From: a virus
Virus record (IMG/VR): IMGVR_UViG_3300044612_001255
Location: 32,001-96,000 of that record
Direction: 5' to 3' (one strand)
Length of the DNA stretch: 64,000 nucleotides
Position 1 is the stretch's first letter. Each line of letters starts with the position of its first letter. Both the position numbers and the translations under genes were made by a program. Positions 58,601 through 64,000 of this stretch are shown piece after piece. The notes beneath the pieces were generated by a model, which ran no database searches, was not told where the DNA came from, and saw only the letters and a program-made list of their open reading frames with translations.

Positions 58601-61600
58601 GAGATAAGTTTAGAGCTATAACATTTACGTACAACCAAGAGAATGATCTTGGACTTTCTGGAGTTACACAACTATCATACGGTGCTAATTGGGAAACTCA
58701 AAAAGGAACTGTCAATGACCTCATTGATGGATTCATAGCACAAGTGTATGTAGAGGTGGATGGCAAGAACAGATATTTTATTGACCAGAATGGCAATAGA
58801 ATAAAAGGTGCTGATGGTAAGGATGTGAAAGTGGGTCAACAAGTTGATCTAGGGAAAGTTGTATTTGAGACACGTCCTACAGCAAGAGAATACAATAGCG
58901 ATAATAGCGATAGATTCAGAACTCGTCAGAAAGAAGAGTTTATGGATAATATGGAAACTTGGAAGCAGCAGAGAGAAATCTTGTTAGGCAATCCTGCCAA
59001 ACAAATGGCTCCAATGGCTGCAAAAGATCTTCCTACTAATTCATTCATGATCTCTAAAGGTTTTCCACTTATCACTGAAAAGGTAGATGGAAAATATGTT
59101 AAGAATAAAGTAGGTGACACCCTTATTACAGAGTCTCAAATTGAAACTCAATCAGGACTGTTGAAGATTTCAACAGGAACTCCTATTGTACACAGTGGTG
59201 AGAACATGAATGCTAAACCTGGAATAGTGTATCTACAAGATAGAGATATGCTACAGGTTCTTAATAATAACTTGTTAGGTGCTAAGAAAGGCAAGTCAGT
59301 GTATGAAGTGATTAAGTCACTCATCAATGACATGCAGCAACAAGCAGCTGATGATAAACCTATACAGTTAGATAGACAAAAACTTAAGTATCTAGGATCT
59401 GTAATGATTTATGCACGTCCTACAAAAGACATGTTGAATAATCAATTATGGATTGATATTGATTCTATGTCTGTAATGCTTGGTAACAATTCATATTCAT
59501 TCAGTGATTTCTTGAAGAATGAAGCAGACGTTATCAAAGCTTTCTCTAGCGTATATCATTCTGCAAATAAAAGATTACTAGATAAGGCTGAACCTCATTA
59601 CGAGTTTGTCTTCAAGGATGGTAAACTAGACTTTGTCAAGTGGCCAAACTATCAATCCTACTTACTATCTGGAACAGATAGATCTGTAGATGAGGTACCA
59701 TTTGTAACTAATGTTAGAAAGAAATCTGACGCACTTCCTTACAACTTTAGAGGTAAGTATGCATATATATCAAACTTCACTGTAGGTGAAAAGAATACAA
59801 ACTTCACAGCCCCAGAAGCTCAAGAAGAAAAAGCTCCAGTAGCTCCTCCTATAGAAAGTAAGTCTGAAAGTAATTCTCCTTCAGAAGTAGCTGAAGCTCT
59901 TCCAGTTTTAAACGTGGGAGGATTCACGCTTAACAATGGTTCTACGAATATTGTAGAAGTGTCTAAGCAGCCTATTGAATTCATTGGAACAGTGAATGAG
60001 AAGGGACAGATTAAAGTGGATTTAGATTTTAGAACAGAAGCAAATCAAAAATCTTTTGAGAATGTTGCTGCTGTAATTTCAGAAGAAACATTAAATACAT
60101 ATAGAGCAGCTATTCCTCAGCTGAATGAAAGTTCTTCCAAAGAAGATACTATTGTTGAATTCTTTAGATATCAAATAACAGCTAAGATCAACAAAGCTCT
60201 TAAGGCTCAACAAGAAGCTTCAGCTCCTGCTGCTCCAGTTGTTCCTGCTTCTGATATAGAAGCTAAGAAATTTGATATAGAAAGTTTATTTAGTATAAAT
60301 GCCCAGTCTATAATAGATAACAAAGCAGATATACTTTCTAATCCTACTAAATATGAAACTACTCAAACTGTAGGAAATGTTACAACAGAACAAACTGTAG
60401 ACGTTTCAAAAGGAAACATAACAGTTATACAACGTATCTCATCTAATGATAAATCAATATCTTTTTCTAATCGTATTTATTTAAGTTCTAAGGGTGAAGT
60501 TTCTTCTATAATATCTAGAGAAGGGGGAATATCTTTCTTTAAAGATAAGTCAGGGGTTGTTAATGAAGAAGCCAAATTAAAAATGGTAAATCTTGCGGAA
60601 ACAGTAAAAAATTACTTCCCTGAAATCTTTAGTAAAATAGAAGAATATGCTAAGAAGTATAAAGGATTTGTAACTAGTACTGATAACTTTAGAGAAACTG
60701 TTAGACAAACAAAATTTATAGATGCTTTTGATTCTTTCTTATATAATAAAGATTTACTATCAGATGCAGACTTTGCAAGAATAACTTTACATAATGCAGA
60801 ACTAGCTGCTCTAGAAGGTGCTGCATCTACTGAACAAGTATCTAGTAAACAAGTAGAACTAGATCAATATTTAGAGAATGTAGATTACAGACCACAAAGC
60901 TTAGATCTAGTTGTGTCTAATAGTGGTGTTGATAAATACACAGTTATCGAAGCTGCTAAAAATGTAGAAGAGGCTTCTAATAAAAAATATGGATTTGGTA
61001 GCATTATTCATACACTTAAAGTAACAGGAGGTAATTTAAACTATCCAAATACAACGAAGCCTGAGAGAGAAAGAATACGTTTATATAACGAAGAACTTGC
61101 AAAACTTACAGGCAAACCTGTTGAACAACCAACACCTCCTGCACAACAACCAGCAGCTGAAGCACCTCCAAAATCTAACAAAGGTAAATTCAAGTCTGGA
61201 TACAGTGATACAAGAGCTGTATCAAAAGGAGAACTATTTGCTGAGAGAATCTCTGACAGAGACATTAAAGCATTTAAAAAATGGCATGCTGAGAAAGTAC
61301 CATTCATACCTTATGAAATCCTTGAACAGATTTACAAATCACTTGATGGTATTGTTGCATGGGGTGTGTTTGAAGGAGGAGTTGCTAAGTTCTTCAAACG
61401 TGGTTTGCGTGGTACAGAGTATCATGAAATATTTGAAGCTATATGGAAGGGATTTCTTTCAGAATCAGAAAGAGCTGCACTCATTGATGAGTTTAAAAAT
61501 AGACCTGGTTACTTCTTAGATAGAGAGTCTGGTCAACAGATTGCTTTTTCTGAAGCTACAGACAGACAAGTTAAAGAACGTATTGCTGACGACTTTGCTG

Positions 61601-64000
61601 ACTACAGACTAGGAAAGCTTCCAGCTAGAACATTGTCTGAAAAGATTAAAAGATTCTTCAATGCTATCATTGAGTTCTTCAAAAGCTTTGTTAACAATCC
61701 TTCTTTGAAGCAACAACTCTTTGATGAGATTGAAGCTGGAAGATTTAAAGAGTCAGTACTTCCTGATTATGTAAAAACAGCTCAGCCTGAATATAGACCA
61801 GTTATGAAACTTCCTGATGGAGCTATTCTATCAGAAGATGAAGCGTACAACATTGTTCAGGACATGGTTATCAGTACATCTGGATATCTGTTAAACAGAG
61901 GGAATGATGATACTGTTGCTAACGTATTTAATATAAAAGGTGTAACTGGAACTGAGGTTTATAATTTTATTAGAAATATTTACGAAGGGACTGGTAACTT
62001 ACAAGCTCTTGGTGACAAACTATTCAATGAGCTGTTCTTGAGAAGTGTTGATAATTTAAGACCATTAGGTGTTAACATTGATACAGATTCTTTAATATCA
62101 GTGAATGATGAGCAAGGAAACAATAGATTGTATTCTCCAGAAGCATTTGAAGTGGACTTGATGAAGAACGCTAGTTTTGCTATCAAGTATATACTAGCTA
62201 CATTACCTTCTGCTAGTAAAAGTGAGCTAGATCCAGAAACAGGTTTGCCTGCTTTGAAAACTGGTGCAGTGGGTCTTCCTGTTCTTTCTAATTTCAATAG
62301 AACATTTGCTACCCTACTTTCCAAACTTTCTAACACTCCTATTTCAAAGATTCCAGCAAAGTTGATGGAGCTGTACAAGAATGATGGTAACTACTATAGA
62401 GTTGCTCGATCATTGAATGGTAACATGTCTGCTGAAGATGCTGAAGAACTATTTGATTTTGGAAACTTCACAGACAATGATTGGAGATTATACATCCAAT
62501 TTGTTCAAGCATTTAATAAGAGTAGACCAGATGCAACTGTTGAGGAAAGAACAGCTAGTCCTGAGGGTGTAAGTGTTATCACTAAGCCAGCAGACAAGTC
62601 ATCAGCAATCAATGTACAGAAGTACAACTGGCTTTCTAACATTAAGGTGCTTGGTAGACAAGGTGGTTCAATCATTGATCAGAAGAATCAAAACTTCTTC
62701 ATTGACACTGAGCATTCTAAATATCCTAAGAAGAGACCTTCTACAAATACTGAGAGACTTGAGTTTCTAGCAAACATAGGTATTACATTTCCTGGTGCAG
62801 CAATTTCAAACAAAGATGAATTTGTAGATGCGGTTAACAGAATTTACGAATACGGAAGTAAGAACTTAGCAAACTTTAAAAAATTCTTAGGTGCAGACAG
62901 CTCAATCACTAAGCTTGCTGTAATGTATGTTGATTCTTTAAACCCAGATCAAGATACTACAAGATTCAATGTTGAGAACAAACGAACTGGAAACTATTCA
63001 GATAGCAATGCTGTGTCTGTATTTGAAGAAGACTTCAATGATGCACAGACACTTGATGAGTTATTTAAAAAGCGTCCTGAACTAAAAGACGCTTTCTCAC
63101 AGAATAGTTTAATCATCAAGAAGGGTGGACTATTCTTTGATAAAGAAGGTAACAAAATCAAAGGTAAGATTCTAAAGATTGGTGTCGTAGATGGCATCTC
63201 TGAAGAAGATGGTGGAACAACTGTTTCTGGATTAACAGAAGGAGAAAGATTCAGCGTAGAGATAAATCAAAACGTAAAAGGAAACTATTACATTCTTGTA
63301 CCAGCAGACTCTGCTACAGAAAGAACTTACAACATTGGTAACCAGATCAAGTTTGAAAATACAAACACTGAGATAGGTGACTCTGAGTTCTTTGATATAA
63401 TGCGTTCCTATCTAGATGACGAAATTAATCTTGCTCTAGACTGGAGAAACAGAAGCAAACTTTCAGCTGTAGGAGACAGAGCTAAAGAGCTTCGTTTCTT
63501 TAAAGAAATTCTAAGCCCATCATTAGTAAAAAGTATTGAAGGTGTAATTGCAAAAACTAAACTTTCTAAAGAAAAAGCACTTGCAGAAATCTCTAAGATT
63601 CTTAGTGATAATAAGAGTGAGGTGGAATCTTCTATTAGAGAAACTATAGCATATCAAAATGATAAGCTTAACAAAGCACTAACATCTACTGGTGAGGTTT
63701 CTCAAGTTGATGAGAACAGCGTTGACTTCTCATATCTTGATTCAGAATTTGCTGAGAAAAATAAGATTGACAAGAATAAAATCAGTAATGAAGATTACAA
63801 TAAGTTTTTGTCATTCCTTAACATGAATCAAATGATTTCCAACATTGAACTTCACAAGTTCATCTTTGGTGATCCTTATCAGTTCGAAGTCAAGAATGGT
63901 AATCTTGAAGAAACCAAGCGTATCAAATCATGGCTTTCTCCAAGAAGAAAAACATTTGATAGTGAGGCAGCAAATGATTTCTTGAATAAGAAATACAATA
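55630..64000 (+). CDS. giant virion protein (>2790 aa, truncated by window), probably containing the virion RNA polymerase
   Basis: ATG 55630; frame was open wherever read and the ORF track reports no closed ORF in it; zincin-like AWGVF..TEYHEIFEA..ERIADDF; IELHKFIFGDP..ETKRIK near the window end. Confidence 0.75.
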   Translation, partial: MEEENVVNPKGVSNEIPYPIIPNNPGNQVPGELPSAREAFAKLAEQNRFTGAQNIPISSFYSGGNRYGKTRPFTNFEEMAAQKQSGFDQVRNGLGKAVGIAGTSFISGTVGLLNGIGSSIANQQFSKLYDNPTTQFMDRLQKGMEDYAPNYYRQAETDAEWWQSDNLLTPNFWADKVIKNIGYGIGSIAGGAAWTKAFKLVGKANALVKLGKGAETAATIEKAMQVVPRAQKISAIEGALGNLSQGIKSQITNNGQRTLTSVMGTFGEASIESLQKSNEFRDNAIAEFRSQNGIDPTGKDLDDINAFAEKAGNYVWGMNTILLTASNYIQLPKILGSSRKVEKAFINDLTQKGLGKEFIEKTAKTRFGKIVDTTKGLGRFFIQPTEAAEEGMQFAIASGVDDYFNRAYTNREDLGTFLETISGAMGNVFGEGIDKTLSTKEGIESILIGSLAGGIQQAPMSIYREGLTGKGGQRKRNTDIALKQLNETNIAASLKDQANFLAVGIGSQTMRQQAIENNDILSEKDYEADYSLSYLMPRAKYGKMENVYEELEYYKEQALNPQGFAELQTAGVAFEKESPAQFVQRIGNLENTAKAVQKHYDNINETYAGVFKTDADGKIIEDAKGRPIRKYNPVVVDKLVYAASKIDDYSARIPGLTSVLSSAGINISTILNDVLVSEKPTIEAVKESIDQINAMDVVSDVKDNLKRSLSDLIEMSLRRKVFIDDYNDIKKNPEVFEAFSRAERFREKGPVDVTQQEGGKSVVKTLKVGQEYSLAEPIRLENGKITLAPKFTIISETLGGEFEVRLPNGKEVFLSPLEFKTYNISEEDNTSQEFENALNQSIDDVLQYPAFRDVIEKPGEKVNKLAYINSLGNQKLSEAVVNRFKRLTKDIVELKAKQKEVDNKIKEQSSDINSQQDEEAQASTDPKVELIPFDTRIDTGETGPLKSAARFFNASSNESDDPNYKYYNPNPSPHIIRARVFLNNAKSNKNRDKFRAITFTYNQENDLGLSGVTQLSYGANWETQKGTVNDLIDGFIAQVYVEVDGKNRYFIDQNGNRIKGADGKDVKVGQQVDLGKVVFETRPTAREYNSDNSDRFRTRQKEEFMDNMETWKQQREILLGNPAKQMAPMAAKDLPTNSFMISKGFPLITEKVDGKYVKNKVGDTLITESQIETQSGLLKISTGTPIVHSGENMNAKPGIVYLQDRDMLQVLNNNLLGAKKGKSVYEVIKSLINDMQQQAADDKPIQLDRQKLKYLGSVMIYARPTKDMLNNQLWIDIDSMSVMLGNNSYSFSDFLKNEADVIKAFSSVYHSANKRLLDKAEPHYEFVFKDGKLDFVKWPNYQSYLLSGTDRSVDEVPFVTNVRKKSDALPYNFRGKYAYISNFTVGEKNTNFTAPEAQEEKAPVAPPIESKSESNSPSEVAEALPVLNVGGFTLNNGSTNIVEVSKQPIEFIGTVNEKGQIKVDLDFRTEANQKSFENVAAVISEETLNTYRAAIPQLNESSSKEDTIVEFFRYQITAKINKALKAQQEASAPAAPVVPASDIEAKKFDIESLFSINAQSIIDNKADILSNPTKYETTQTVGNVTTEQTVDVSKGNITVIQRISSNDKSISFSNRIYLSSKGEVSSIISREGGISFFKDKSGVVNEEAKLKMVNLAETVKNYFPEIFSKIEEYAKKYKGFVTSTDNFRETVRQTKFIDAFDSFLYNKDLLSDADFARITLHNAELAALEGAASTEQVSSKQVELDQYLENVDYRPQSLDLVVSNSGVDKYTVIEAAKNVEEASNKKYGFGSIIHTLKVTGGNLNYPNTTKPERERIRLYNEELAKLTGKPVEQPTPPAQQPAAEAPPKSNKGKFKSGYSDTRAVSKGELFAERISDRDIKAFKKWHAEKVPFIPYEILEQIYKSLDGIVAWGVFEGGVAKFFKRGLRGTEYHEIFEAIWKGFLSESERAALIDEFKNRPGYFLDRESGQQIAFSEATDRQVKERIADDFADYRLGKLPARTLSEKIKRFFNAIIEFFKSFVNNPSLKQQLFDEIEAGRFKESVLPDYVKTAQPEYRPVMKLPDGAILSEDEAYNIVQDMVISTSGYLLNRGNDDTVANVFNIKGVTGTEVYNFIRNIYEGTGNLQALGDKLFNELFLRSVDNLRPLGVNIDTDSLISVNDEQGNNRLYSPEAFEVDLMKNASFAIKYILATLPSASKSELDPETGLPALKTGAVGLPVLSNFNRTFATLLSKLSNTPISKIPAKLMELYKNDGNYYRVARSLNGNMSAEDAEELFDFGNFTDNDWRLYIQFVQAFNKSRPDATVEERTASPEGVSVITKPADKSSAINVQKYNWLSNIKVLGRQGGSIIDQKNQNFFIDTEHSKYPKKRPSTNTERLEFLANIGITFPGAAISNKDEFVDAVNRIYEYGSKNLANFKKFLGADSSITKLAVMYVDSLNPDQDTTRFNVENKRTGNYSDSNAVSVFEEDFNDAQTLDELFKKRPELKDAFSQNSLIIKKGGLFFDKEGNKIKGKILKIGVVDGISEEDGGTTVSGLTEGERFSVEINQNVKGNYYILVPADSATERTYNIGNQIKFENTNTEIGDSEFFDIMRSYLDDEINLALDWRNRSKLSAVGDRAKELRFFKEILSPSLVKSIEGVIAKTKLSKEKALAEISKILSDNKSEVESSIRETIAYQNDKLNKALTSTGEVSQVDENSVDFSYLDSEFAEKNKIDKNKISNEDYNKFLSFLNMNQMISNIELHKFIFGDPYQFEVKNGNLEETKRIKSWLSPRRKTFDSEAANDFLNKKYN

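Noticed and set aside
23204-63197. Minus-strand and alternate-frame ORFs over the right arm (e.g. 31612-32226, 34637-35077, 61097-61519)
   Set aside because: They are shadows of structural genes and of the giant ORF.
1-64000. Stop-codon reassignment (TAG/TGA) as in some crAss-like phages
   Set aside because: All long genes are intact under the standard code, and TAA, TGA and TAG all appear as real stops.

Overview
This window is 64 kb of a crAss-like (Crassvirales-related) podovirus genome. The host is most likely Bacteroidota: leaders are A-rich with no Shine-Dalgarno, and there are TTTG-N19-21-TAnnTTTG/A promoters. The standard genetic code gives intact ORFs. The left arm (1-22.9 kb, minus strand) carries many small early-type ORFs and a tRNA-like RNA. 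It also carries a replication/repair module: PolB, DnaB-like helicase, SF2 helicase, AAA ATPase, SSB, primase, DUF932, an atypical UDG, rIIA/rIIB and an HNH nuclease. A palindrome-rich divergence point lies at about 22.9-23.0 kb. The right arm (23.1-64 kb, plus strand) carries terminase, portal, scaffold, major capsid, ring/hub/auxiliary capsid proteins, fibres, a split muzzle (tail stabilisation) gene and three cargo/ejection proteins. It ends in a >2790-aa giant virion protein (55630 to the end, absent from the ORF track) that probably contains the virion RNA polymerase. The best candidates for undescribed biology are: (1) a cargo protein in which enzyme modules (zincin, lytic transglycosylase, unknown domain) sit between short xQxG(G)/KxGG motifs, with one module flanked by an exact 17-bp direct repeat; (2) a 135-nt expanded tRNA-like RNA; (3) a muzzle gene interrupted by a poly-Thr/'GPF-domain' decoration cassette; (4) a UDG with a rewired active site; (5) host beta-clamp and SSB-tail mimic motifs on replication proteins. 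All family calls come from motif recognition and synteny, not from database searches.
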